64,000 nt of DNA from Candidatus Hydrogenedentes bacterium UBA2224. Lineage in GTDB: Bacteria > Hydrogenedentota > Hydrogenedentia > Hydrogenedentales > SLHB01. A program made the position numbers and the translations under genes. Shown in pieces: positions 38,059 to 46,925 of the stretch; positions within the stretch are counted from its first letter, which is position 1, and every line of letters starts with the position of its first letter. The stretch covers positions 3,153 through 67,152 of the forward strand of contig DDYW01000181.1 of the NCBI GenBank assembly GCA_002348185.1. The letters run 5' to 3'. The notes under the pieces are model-generated. The model was not told where the DNA came from and did no database searches. It was given only the letters and a program-made list of their open reading frames with translations.

Positions 38059-38081
38059 CCCAGCCCCTCCCAGCCCCTCCC
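38059..38081 (-). other. G-quadruplex-capable motif / exact 10-bp tandem duplication
   Basis: The plus strand reads CCCAGCCCCTCCCAGCCCCTCCC, with CAGCCCCTCC duplicated exactly at 38061-38080. The minus strand reads GGGAGGGGCTGGGAGGGGCTGGG, five G-runs of 3 or more with 1-2-nt loops. It lies about 100 nt upstream of the GT4 start. Confidence 0.6.
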
Positions 38082-38216
38082 TTCGCGCCAGCCTCGACTG
38101 ACACACACCGTCCGGCGCTCTTTCGCATTCGACGCCAAAATGGTGCATTGATCTCCGCAACCGCAATCCGTACCATGCGGGCCTGACAGTTTGCGGAACA
38201 CCATGGGACGACGCGC

Positions 38217-38981
38217 ATGATCATCGATTGTCACGGCCACTGTTCCATCGATGGCTCGTACTCTCTGTCGGCGGACGATACGGTACGCAGCCTCGACCTG
38301 TACGGCATCGACCAAATCTGCTGTTCCGCCCCTATCACCAGCGGCGAAGCCACCCCGGACCTGATTCGCGCGCGCAATGACCTCATCCTCGGCGCGATGC
38401 GGAAATATCCGGACCGCATTATGGGCATGTGCTTCCTGAACCCGGGCCATTCCCGCGAGGCCCAGGACGAGATTACCCGCTGTGTGGCCGACAACGGGAT
38501 GGTCGGCGTCAAGCTGTACAATCAATACCGCATCTGCGATCCCGTGCAGTTTCCAGTCATCGAACGGTGTATCGAACTCGGGGTCCCCATTCTCATGCAC
38601 GCGGGGTATCCCGCCGCGCCGGAGTTGCGCGAACAACAGCCGCGCATCTCCACTGGCATGCATTTTGCCGGCGCGGCCCGGCGCTACCCCGAGGCCATGC
38701 TGATCTGCGCGCACATCGGAGGCGGCGGCGATTGGGAACGCCAACTCAAGGGCTTGCGCGAGGCCCCGAGCGTCTTTGTTGACACCGGCGGTTCGGTCAT
38801 CGACGCGGGCATGATCGAACGCTGCGTGCGCGAACTCGGCATCGACCGTCTCCTCTTCGCGTGCGACGGCAGCATGGAGCGCGGCCTGGGCAAAATCCTC
38901 GACGCCAAGCTCACCGAATCCGAGCGCGCCAAGGTCTACAGCGCCAATTTCCTCAACATCCTCGCGAGGAGAAAACCGTGA
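38217..38981 (+). CDS. amidohydrolase_2-family metal-dependent hydrolase (TIM barrel)
   Basis: MIIDCHGHCS carries the N-terminal HxH metal motif. MHAGYP and CAHIGGGGDW follow, then the terminal acidic residue in FACDGS. The length is 254 aa. Confidence 0.7.
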   Translation: MIIDCHGHCSIDGSYSLSADDTVRSLDLYGIDQICCSAPITSGEATPDLIRARNDLILGAMRKYPDRIMGMCFLNPGHSREAQDEITRCVADNGMVGVKLYNQYRICDPVQFPVIERCIELGVPILMHAGYPAAPELREQQPRISTGMHFAGAARRYPEAMLICAHIGGGGDWERQLKGLREAPSVFVDTGGSVIDAGMIERCVRELGIDRLLFACDGSMERGLGKILDAKLTESERAKVYSANFLNILARRKP

Positions 38982-39742
38982 TCATTGACGTCAACACCTG
39001 GATCGGCCACTGGCCGTTCCGTTCGCTGCCCAAACGATCCGCCGGGGATTTGATTGAGCAGATGGACCGGCTGAAGATCACGAAAGCCCTCGTCGGAAAC
39101 CTCAACGGCCTGCTCTACAAAGACGTGCACGAGTCCAACCATGAGCTCGCGGCCGAAATCCGCCGCCACGGCGACCGCCTCGTCCCCTGCGCGCTGATCA
39201 ATCCGCTCTATGACGGCTGGCGCGACGATTTGCGCCAGTGCCGCGAACAATTCGGGATGCCCGTCCTTCGTCTCACCCCCGATTACCACGGCTACACGCT
39301 GTCCGACCCCTGCGCGTCGGAACTGATCGCGGCGGCGCATCATCTCGGGATGCGGGTGGCGTTCTACTGGCGCATTGTGGATCCACGGGGACGTCATGGG
39401 CTCGATCCCGGCCGCGAAACCAGCGAGGCGCTCGTCGAACAGGTGATGGCCCAGTTCCCCGAGCACCCGTTTCTGATGCTCAATTTCCGGCGCGTGCTTG
39501 CCCGGCCGGCGCCCGCCCCCCCGTGCCTCTATGACATCTCGCTCTTCCTGGGGCCCAACGGGCTGCTCCTCATGGATCAGCTCGCTGAGCACGGGGCGGC
39601 CAGCTTCGCGCTCGGCACGACCATGCTGATGCGCTACGGTTCCGCGCCGCTCCTCGCCCTCGAGAAATGCGAGTTGTCCTCCCGGGACCGCGAGGCCATC
39701 CTGTGGCGCAACATCGTCCAGTTGATACCCGGTTTAGACTAA
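38978..39742 (+). CDS. amidohydrolase_2-like protein (paralog lacking the HxH motif)
   Basis: The GTG start overlaps the upstream stop (GTGA). (M)IIDVNTWIGHWPFRSLP aligns by eye with the N-terminus of the upstream gene, but HxH is replaced by NTW. The length is 254 aa. Confidence 0.6.
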   Translation: MIIDVNTWIGHWPFRSLPKRSAGDLIEQMDRLKITKALVGNLNGLLYKDVHESNHELAAEIRRHGDRLVPCALINPLYDGWRDDLRQCREQFGMPVLRLTPDYHGYTLSDPCASELIAAAHHLGMRVAFYWRIVDPRGRHGLDPGRETSEALVEQVMAQFPEHPFLMLNFRRVLARPAPAPPCLYDISLFLGPNGLLLMDQLAEHGAASFALGTTMLMRYGSAPLLALEKCELSSRDREAILWRNIVQLIPGLD

Positions 39743-39788
39743 TGCAACCATGGTTTAAGGCACGTGCAGCATTTCCGGGGAGGTGGTT

Positions 39789-40943
39789 ATGACAAACCGA
39801 GAGCGGGTCCGGGCGATTCTCAATTATGCGCCGTACGACACCATGCCCATTGTCCACTTTGGATTCTGGACCGACACCCTCGAGAAATGGGCCGCTGAGG
39901 GCCATATCTCGCAGGAAGAAGCGGATTCCTGGGGCGACGGCAATCCCGTCGACATCGTCCTCAGCGCGAAACTCGGCTTTGATTTCAATTACTACAGTTG
40001 TTTCAGCCCCCACACCGGCCTCTCCCCCGAATTCGAGCGCGAGGTCATCGAGGAACTCCCCGATGGCGGCAAGAAAGTGCGTAACGCCTGGGGCGTGATC
40101 GAACTCGAGAAGCCCGGCGCGACCTCCATTCCCGCCGAGATCGACCACCTCCTCAAGACCCGCCGCGACTGGGAAGAACACTACAAACACCGTCTCCAGT
40201 TCGACCCCGGCCGCATCACCCAATACAAGGTCCTCGTGAACGGCGAAATGGTCCCCTGGACCGAAGGCGGGCTCGAATTTCTCCAGAAGGGCGACCGGGA
40301 CTATAACTACGGGCTCCACTGCGGCAGCCTGTTCGGCGAAGTCCGCAACATCCTCGGCGTCACCGGCGCCAGCTATCTCTTCGCCGAAGACGACGCCCTG
40401 TTCACCGAGATCATCGACACCCGCGCCGAGCTTTCCTATCAAGCCGTGAAAACGGTTCTCGAAAGCGGCGCCAAATTCGATTTCGCCCATTTCTGGGAAG
40501 ACATCTGCTTCAAGAACGGCCCCTTGATCATCCCCTCCGTGTTCGAGGAAAAGGTCGGCCCTCACTACCGGCGCATTACCGGACTCGTCAACAGCTACGG
40601 CATCAACATCGTCTCGCTCGATTGCGACGGCTGCATTGACGCCCTCCTCCCCACCTGGCTCCACAACGGCGTCAACACCATGTTCCCCATCGAGGTCGGC
40701 ACCTGGGATGCCAGTATCGCCCCCTGGCGCAAGCAATACGGCCGGGAACTGCGCGGCGTAGGCGGCATGAACAAGGTCGTCTTCGCCCGCGATCGCGCCG
40801 CCATCGACGCCGAAGTCGAGCGCCTCAAGCCCCTCGTCGATCTCGGCGGCTACATCCCCTGCCCCGACCACCGCCTGGCCCCCGACGCCAAGTGGCACAA
40901 CGTCCGCTACTACTGCGACCGCATGCGCAACGCCTTCGGGTAA
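39789..40943 (+). CDS. uroporphyrinogen-decarboxylase (URO-D)-like family protein
   Basis: The ATG at 39789 follows GGGGAGGTGG. The C-terminal GGYIPCPDHRLAPDAKWHNVRYYCDRM and the ~385-aa TIM-barrel size match URO-D/MtaA-like proteins common in glycan-utilisation loci. Confidence 0.6.
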   Translation: MTNRERVRAILNYAPYDTMPIVHFGFWTDTLEKWAAEGHISQEEADSWGDGNPVDIVLSAKLGFDFNYYSCFSPHTGLSPEFEREVIEELPDGGKKVRNAWGVIELEKPGATSIPAEIDHLLKTRRDWEEHYKHRLQFDPGRITQYKVLVNGEMVPWTEGGLEFLQKGDRDYNYGLHCGSLFGEVRNILGVTGASYLFAEDDALFTEIIDTRAELSYQAVKTVLESGAKFDFAHFWEDICFKNGPLIIPSVFEEKVGPHYRRITGLVNSYGINIVSLDCDGCIDALLPTWLHNGVNTMFPIEVGTWDASIAPWRKQYGRELRGVGGMNKVVFARDRAAIDAEVERLKPLVDLGGYIPCPDHRLAPDAKWHNVRYYCDRMRNAFG

Positions 40944-41011
40944 GCGCGAAACGGGTCTACCAATTTCAAAGCATCCGGGCTATGATGGCGTCTTCAACAG
41001 GGAGAACTGAA

Positions 41012-43084
41012 ATGATCCGTACCCATCTGACGGTGTGTGTTGGCGTGGCGTTGTTGCTGTTCTGCGGACAGGCCGTCGGGCAGGCGGCCGCGGACGCCGG
41101 GAGTACTGCGATGAATGAGTTTCCTCGACGGGCCATCCATCTGGACACTCACACCATGCCGGGCATCTACGACGTCGGCGCGGAGTTCGATGCGGCGGAG
41201 TTCGCGCGCACCTTGAGCGAAGCCCATGTCGATTACATCACCGTGTTCGCCAAATGCAACCTCGGTTTCGCCTATTATCCAACGGAAATCGGGAAGATGT
41301 ACCCGGGACTCCAGGTGGACCTCCTCGGCCAGATGGTCGAGGCCTGCCACGCGCAGGGCATCCGCGTCGCGGCCTATTTCAACGTGGGCATCGACCACGA
41401 ACACGCGCGGCTCCACCGCGAATGGTGCAAGGTCGACAAGGAAGGCCGCGTGTACCGTTTCGCGGAAAAGGGCCACTGGTTCCGCGACCTGTGCCTGAAC
41501 ACCGGTTTTCACGACCACATCCTCGGCATGGTGCGCGAAGTGCTCGACCGCTATCCCGTGGACGGCATCTTCCTGGATTGTTATGACCTTGCCCCCTGCT
41601 ACGGCACCGAATGCATTGAGGCCATGAAACAGCAGGGCATGAACGTGTTTGATGATGCGCAGGCCACCGAATTCTGCTGGCAAACCACCAACCGGTTTAT
41701 GGAAGAGGTCGAGACCATGGCTCGGGCCAAGCGCCCGGACATCTATGTCCTGCACAATGGCATCGCGTACCGCCGCCAGCCCACCCACATCGAACTCGAG
41801 GTGCTCCCCACGGGCGGCTGGGGCTATGACTACCTCCCGATGGCCATCCGGTATGCCCGCACGGTCGACAAACCCTATTTCACCATGACCGGCCGCTTCC
41901 ACAAGAGTTGGGGCGACCTGGGCGGCATCCGCACGAAGCACTCGCTCCTCTTCGACTGCTATTACTCCATCGCCAACGGCGGCACCTGCTCGGTCGGCGA
42001 CCATTTCCATCCCCGGGGCGCTCTCAACGGCGAAGTGTACCGCCTCATTCAGGATGCCTATACGTCGGTACGCGCCCTGGAACCGTGGACGGCGGGCGCG
42101 CGCGCGGAAGCCGAGATCGTGGTCCTGGAACCGCACATGGCCGACTTCCCCAGCGCACGCACCTACAGCGCCAAACCCGACGGGTTCTCGCTCGACAGCG
42201 TCAAGGGCGCCGCGCGTATCCTGTCGGAGTTGAAATGCCAGTTCGATATCAGCGACGGCACGGAAGACCTGTCAAAATACAAGGTCATCGTCCTGGCCGA
42301 CTCGGTGCGCGTCTCGGAGGCCCTGAAACCCAAACTCGAGGCCCATCTCGCCCGGGGCGGCGGCATCCTCAGTTCGGCTTTTGCCGGACTGACACCGGAC
42401 GGCACGGCGTTTGGCCTCAGCGGCGTGGACCTGGTCGCGGAAGGGCCCGAGCCCTTCAATCCCACGTTCGTTGAAGCGCTTCCGCCACTCGACAAGGGTT
42501 TTCCGGCCATGCCCGTGACCGTCTACCAGCAGGGGCTCGCCATGCAGGCCGGCCCCGCAACCGAGGTGCTCGCCCGCCTGCACAAACCCTACACGAACCT
42601 GCGGTCCTGGGACTATGAACACGAGACCTTGTACTGCCCGCCCGACAAAGATACCGGCCGCCCCGCGGTCGCCCGCTGCGGCAATGTGATTCACTTCAGC
42701 TTCCCCCTCTTCCTGGGATACATGCGCGACGCCGTGGTGCCCCACCGCATTCTGCTCGAGAACGCCCTGCGCCTGCTTCTGCCGCAGCCGATGCTCGAAG
42801 TCGCCAATTTCCCCTCGTTCGGTCGCGCCACCGTGACCGCCCGCGACCGCACTCGGCTGGTCCACCTGCTCACGTACGTGCCGGAATCCCGCGGGAGCAT
42901 TGAGATGATCGAGGAGCCGATCGTGGTGAGCGAGGTCGCCGTAGGCCTCCGCAGCGAAGGCCGCGACGTGACGTCGGTGACGCTGGCGCCGGGCGGGGAA
43001 ACCCTCCCCTTCACGCGCGATGGCGACTATGTGCGTTTCACCGTGCCGCGTGTGGAAGGCTATCAGCTCATCGTTGTCGAATAA
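41012..43084 (+). CDS. secreted GHL6-like putative glycoside hydrolase with beta-galactosidase-trimerisation-like C-terminal region
   Basis: The ATG at 41012 follows AGGGAGA and gives the signal peptide MIRTHLTVCVGVALLLFCGQAVG. DAAEFARTLSEAHVDYITVFAKCNLGFAYYPTEIG...LLGQMVEACHAQGIRVAAYFNVG...HREW matches my recollection of PF14871 (GHL6). Confidence 0.6.
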   Translation: MIRTHLTVCVGVALLLFCGQAVGQAAADAGSTAMNEFPRRAIHLDTHTMPGIYDVGAEFDAAEFARTLSEAHVDYITVFAKCNLGFAYYPTEIGKMYPGLQVDLLGQMVEACHAQGIRVAAYFNVGIDHEHARLHREWCKVDKEGRVYRFAEKGHWFRDLCLNTGFHDHILGMVREVLDRYPVDGIFLDCYDLAPCYGTECIEAMKQQGMNVFDDAQATEFCWQTTNRFMEEVETMARAKRPDIYVLHNGIAYRRQPTHIELEVLPTGGWGYDYLPMAIRYARTVDKPYFTMTGRFHKSWGDLGGIRTKHSLLFDCYYSIANGGTCSVGDHFHPRGALNGEVYRLIQDAYTSVRALEPWTAGARAEAEIVVLEPHMADFPSARTYSAKPDGFSLDSVKGAARILSELKCQFDISDGTEDLSKYKVIVLADSVRVSEALKPKLEAHLARGGGILSSAFAGLTPDGTAFGLSGVDLVAEGPEPFNPTFVEALPPLDKGFPAMPVTVYQQGLAMQAGPATEVLARLHKPYTNLRSWDYEHETLYCPPDKDTGRPAVARCGNVIHFSFPLFLGYMRDAVVPHRILLENALRLLLPQPMLEVANFPSFGRATVTARDRTRLVHLLTYVPESRGSIEMIEEPIVVSEVAVGLRSEGRDVTSVTLAPGGETLPFTRDGDYVRFTVPRVEGYQLIVVE

Positions 43085-43156
43085 CCGGATCCGGCCGCCA
43101 TCGCGAAGCGGGCGCCGCAACCGGAGCTGCTTGGGCGCCTCCCGTGCGACTGGCGA

Positions 43157-43588
43157 TTATTGTCCGGCCAGCAGGGTCTGTTCCTTTGCCGCAAGCTGCA
43201 CGAGAAACCGGGACGCTTCCGCCGCGGAAAGTGCGTACGGGTCGAATTTGCCCTTGCCGCCGTACGTTTCAAACGTTTGCGGACTGATGTCACCCGCCGC
43301 GACAAACGCCATGCTCCAGTCCGCGAATTTCCGGTCCGCAACCTCGCAGTAATCCAGAAGAACGACGTCCTTGTGACGCGGATCCCGTTGAATCTCGGAA
43401 TAGAGCTGGTTGACGGCCTCTCTTGGGCCTTCCAGGCACTGCAGGAAAAACGCCGGGTCGTAGCAGAGAATACCCGTGATGTCCTTGGCCTTGTTGTTGC
43501 TGCGGGAGATCTTCAGTACTTTCTGCAGCGCTTCCGTATCGCATTCCTCCGTCATCCGGCTCACGTAGACCAGCCGCACCATGTGCAT
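43157..43588 (-). CDS. stand-alone BLUF-domain blue-light FAD photoreceptor
   Basis: The ATG at 43588 follows AAGGAG. The photocycle residues are present: Tyr in RLVYVSR, Gln in FFLQCLEG and Trp/Met in FADWSMAF. The 143 aa include a ~50-aa C-terminal helical extension. Confidence 0.85.
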   Translation of the reverse strand: MHMVRLVYVSRMTEECDTEALQKVLKISRSNNKAKDITGILCYDPAFFLQCLEGPREAVNQLYSEIQRDPRHKDVVLLDYCEVADRKFADWSMAFVAAGDISPQTFETYGGKGKFDPYALSAAEASRFLVQLAAKEQTLLAGQ

Positions 43589-43850
43589 CGTTCTTAACTC
43601 CTTTGTCGGCATGAGGAAATGCACGCTTGTCCCGTCCATTCTACTGTCCGGCCCATGATCTGCACAATATGAACCTGCAGCGCTCCGCGGAAGGCACTCC
43701 CCCGGGGCAGGCAGCGGGCGGCTTTTGGAACCCGGTTACGGCGCCCGCGGGAATCTCTTGGAATCCGCGCGTTTTTCAGGTACACTAAGTTAAAGTCTTA
43801 CAGACAGATGCACGGTTCGTTTGGGGAAACTGAACTGAGGTGAACATCCT

Positions 43851-44495
43851 ATGAACAAAGTGATGTGGGTTCCATTGGCACTGTTCTTGAGCGTGGCACT
43901 GGCCGGAACGGCCTGGGCCGCTGACAAGACCCCGAAAGATCCGAACCAGGACTGGGAGAAACATCCCGAGCCTGCGTTGCAGGTGTACAAGACCACGGGG
44001 CGCGGCATCCATGCCCTGGTGTATCAGTCCCTCCGCTCCCTGAAGGAAGGCAATGAGCGTCTGCCCATTCTCGGCAGCGTCATGGTGTTTGAAGGCATCG
44101 GCACGGGCCTGGTGGAGCTGGGCACGAGCATGTATACAGGCATGGCGGGGTCGAAACCCCACCGGCCGTACAACCAGTTGAGCAGGCCCAACCGGGTCCT
44201 CAACACCGACCCGCTTCTTCGCAACGCCCGGCAGGTGGGAGGCACGGCCGCCGTCACCGCGGGCGCGGGGCTCCCGGTAGTGCTGGGGCTCTATGCCGGC
44301 CAGGAGGCCACCGACGAGTTCCCCCGCGAGGAGGAGAAAGTCGAGGAACTCGAGGGGCTGCGCAAGCCCGTTGAGAAAAAGCGCATGACCATGCCCGATG
44401 CCCAACGCCGCTACGTTCCCGAGCGTGCCGCCTACGGGCACAAAATCGAACGCGGCCGCGGAAATCTGCTGAAGCAATTGCGTTACGAAGAATAA
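43851..44495 (+). CDS. secreted hypothetical protein (faint resemblance to TIGR04073 exosortase-associated proteins)
   Basis: GAGGTG RBS and signal peptide MNKVMWVPLALFLSVALAGTAWA. A Gly-rich hydrophobic core (TTGRGIHALVY...GIGTGLVELGTSMYTGMAG) is followed by a highly charged C-terminal tail. Confidence 0.5.
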   Translation: MNKVMWVPLALFLSVALAGTAWAADKTPKDPNQDWEKHPEPALQVYKTTGRGIHALVYQSLRSLKEGNERLPILGSVMVFEGIGTGLVELGTSMYTGMAGSKPHRPYNQLSRPNRVLNTDPLLRNARQVGGTAAVTAGAGLPVVLGLYAGQEATDEFPREEEKVEELEGLRKPVEKKRMTMPDAQRRYVPERAAYGHKIERGRGNLLKQLRYEE

Positions 44496-44584
44496 CGGAG
44501 GGCCTTAGCCGCCGTCGCCCTTCTGAATCGTGTGGAAAATGGTGTCAGTCGTGAGGACTGTCTCGCGGGGTTCATTGACGTTTC

Positions 44585-46411
44585 GTGGTTTCACCTATCC
44601 ATAAGCATTTCTGGGTGGTTTTGCTGATCGCGGCCCTCTTTGCGGTCTTCTTTGAACTGGGCCGCATGGACGTCTGCACGGACAACGAGGGTCAGCGGGC
44701 CACCCCCCCTGCCGAGATGCTGCGGTCGGGCAACTACGTTGTGCCCACCATCAACGGCGCGACCTATCTCGCCAAACCGCCCCTGCTGTATTGGGCGATC
44801 GCGGGCGTTTACCGGATAACCGGAGAAATCTCCGCGTTGACGGCCCGCATCCCCACCGCCGTCTGCGCGGTAGCGCTGGTTCTGGCGGTCTACCTGGCCT
44901 TTCGGAAGCGGCTGGGCGAGCAGGCGGCCCGGTTCGCCGCCATCGCCCTGCTGGCCTCGCCCTACTTCCTGGAGCGTTCGCGGTGGGCGGAACTCGACGT
45001 GCCGCTGACGCTGGCCACATTTCTGGCGATCGCAGCCTGCTGGACCGCCTTCGAAGCAGAGACCTCCTTTCAGCGAGCGGGGTTCACGCTGCTCGGCGGC
45101 CTGGCCATGGGCGCGGCGATCATGCTCAAAGGGCCCGCCCCGGTCCTCTTCCTGGGCGCTGCGTGGGCCGCGTATCTGCTCACCCGCGGAAAAACCGGTG
45201 CCAAAGGCAAAGGGCTCAAAGGGCTGGCAATCGTCACGGTGAGCGCGCTGGTCCTCGAATACCTCCTCAAACTCACCGGGGTCGTCGCCTTTCCGTTCGC
45301 GCTGGTCTCTGCGTCCGTTTACTGCGTGGTATGGAGCTGGCGCTCGGCGCCCGAGATGCGCCTGAAGACCGCCGGGATCACCGTTGGGGCGCTCCTCACC
45401 GGCCTGCTGCTGGCCGCCCCGTGGGCCCTGGCCGTCCTGCACGCCCAGGGTTGGGAGAATATCCGCAAGCTATTGAGTTCAGAGGTACTTACAAGGACCC
45501 ATTCCGCCACCGAAATCAACAGCGGCAGCCCCGTGTACTATCTGTTGGCCCTTCCCCTGCTGCTGGCCCCGTGGTCGTTTCTGTTCCCGTTTCATTTCTC
45601 CCGGACCGAGTGGCGCGAGAACGGCGTCAGCTACCGCTTCTGTACGGCCACCGCCTGGCTGAGCATCCTCGTGTTCTCTCTGGTGGCCGGGAAGGAATAC
45701 GAATACATTCTTCCGGCCTTCCCGTTTTTGGCGGGCGCTACCGGGGTCACGTTGGCGCGCTTTCTGGGCGATGACCTCTCCGGATGGGGCAAGCGCTGGA
45801 CCGGCCTGTGGGCCCAGGTGACCGTTATCTTGTTCATGGTCCTCGCGGCGGCACTGGTGCTGTATGCCGCGACCACCGAGAATCCCCCCGTCTTTACGGT
45901 TGAAGCCGTCGTATTGGGTGCACTGATTCTTGCCGCGGGCATCTGGGGGCTGCGGCAGCGCCCATTCCGGCTGCACTGCGTCGCATTCCAGGCCTTGCTC
46001 GTGGTCGTCGCGGGGCTTCTCGCGTCCCGCTCCTTCTACTACACCGGCGCAAATTCCCCCCGGGAGATCGCCGAGACCACCGGGAGACTTCTCCAGACCG
46101 GACACCGCGTTGAAGCGGGATGGTACCGCTACCCATGGACCCCTGCCTTTGCGTTCTACGCCGGGACCCCCGTACCCCTGCAGATGAACTTCGATATCGT
46201 GAAAAACCGCTTCGCCGATACCACGCCCTACTTTTTTCTTGTGCGCAAGAAGGACCTCGAAAACGGTCTGATTTCGCTCGATCCCACTGCGTATCACGTG
46301 CTCATGGGCCCATACACCAGCAAAGAATACCTCATGATTGGCAACACCGACCTGCCCTCTTCCCCGCAGCCGCCCGAACCGGCGGTTCCCTCTCAATCCC
46401 CACATAAGTAG
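44585..46411 (+). CDS. ArnT/PMT-type (GT39/GT83-like) polytopic glycosyltransferase
   Basis: The N-terminal loop DNEGQRATPPAEMLRSGNYVVPTINGATYLAKPPLLYW is the signature region of ArnT/PMT_2 enzymes. About 12 TM segments. The GTG start at 44585 is uncertain. Confidence 0.7.
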   Translation: MVSPIHKHFWVVLLIAALFAVFFELGRMDVCTDNEGQRATPPAEMLRSGNYVVPTINGATYLAKPPLLYWAIAGVYRITGEISALTARIPTAVCAVALVLAVYLAFRKRLGEQAARFAAIALLASPYFLERSRWAELDVPLTLATFLAIAACWTAFEAETSFQRAGFTLLGGLAMGAAIMLKGPAPVLFLGAAWAAYLLTRGKTGAKGKGLKGLAIVTVSALVLEYLLKLTGVVAFPFALVSASVYCVVWSWRSAPEMRLKTAGITVGALLTGLLLAAPWALAVLHAQGWENIRKLLSSEVLTRTHSATEINSGSPVYYLLALPLLLAPWSFLFPFHFSRTEWRENGVSYRFCTATAWLSILVFSLVAGKEYEYILPAFPFLAGATGVTLARFLGDDLSGWGKRWTGLWAQVTVILFMVLAAALVLYAATTENPPVFTVEAVVLGALILAAGIWGLRQRPFRLHCVAFQALLVVVAGLLASRSFYYTGANSPREIAETTGRLLQTGHRVEAGWYRYPWTPAFAFYAGTPVPLQMNFDIVKNRFADTTPYFFLVRKKDLENGLISLDPTAYHVLMGPYTSKEYLMIGNTDLPSSPQPPEPAVPSQSPHK

Positions 46412-46432
46412 TTTCGACGTTTGAATAGCACT

Positions 46433-46460
46433 TCACCTTTTATGACATGTGGTGTATAAT
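46433..46460 (+). promoter_or_regulatory. candidate rnpB promoter
   Basis: A perfect -10 element TATAAT lies at 46455-46460, 9 nt upstream of the P1 helix start. The weak -35 element TTCACC (46433-46438) has a 16-nt spacer. Confidence 0.45.
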
Positions 46461-46469
46461 CTTGACAGT

Positions 46470-46841
46470 GTGAGTGGGCCGGGCGGCCGCGGTAGCGCCG
46501 AAAGGCGGTATCGAGGAAAGTCCGAGCTCCACAGGGTAGGGTGCTTCGTAACGCGAAGGCGGGGTGACCCGACGGAAAGTGGCACAGAAAACACACAGCC
46601 TACGTCCGCCACGCGCGGGCCGGCAATGGTGAAAAGGTGCGGTAAGAGCGCACCAGCGGCTTGGCGACAAGCCGGCTTGCTAAACCCCACCTGGAGCAAT
46701 TCCGAATAGGGGGGCGATGGAGTGACCCGCTCCGCCCCCGGGTTGGAAGCTGGAGGCCTGCGGCGACGCAGGTCCTAGAGGAATGGCCGCACAGGGACGC
46801 TTCGCCGTCCTGGACAGAACTCGGCTTACAGGCCCACTCAC
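46470..46841 (+). ncRNA. rnpB: RNase P RNA, bacterial type A
   Basis: P1 pairs GTGAGTGGGCC (46470-46480) with GGCCCACTCAC (46831-46841). Conserved blocks are GAGGAAAGTCCGAGCTCCACAGGG, GGTGCGGTAAGAGCGCACCAG, AAACCCCACCTGGAGCAA and ACAGAACTCGGCTTACAG, collinear with E. coli M1 RNA. Confidence 0.95.
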
Positions 46842-46925
46842 CATCCGGGGCATCGGGCCCGGATACACGACGTCGAGGGGCCACAGTTCATAACCGAGCC
46901 GGAAAACCACCGGGGGAGGCTGGAT

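Noticed and set aside
38203-38220. 5-codon uORF (MGRRA*) whose TGA overlaps the amidohydrolase ATG
   Set aside because: It is too short, has no RBS and could easily arise by chance in GC-rich sequence. It is noted only as a possible coupling device.
39570-40898. 442-aa minus-strand ORF over the URO-D-like gene
   Set aside because: The translation is Gly/Ala/Val/Asp/Glu-rich low complexity, mirroring the codons of the sense gene. No start context is present.
46433-46884. Several 76-94-aa ORFs on both strands
   Set aside because: They lie across the RNase P RNA gene, whose conserved blocks and P1 pairing explain the sequence.
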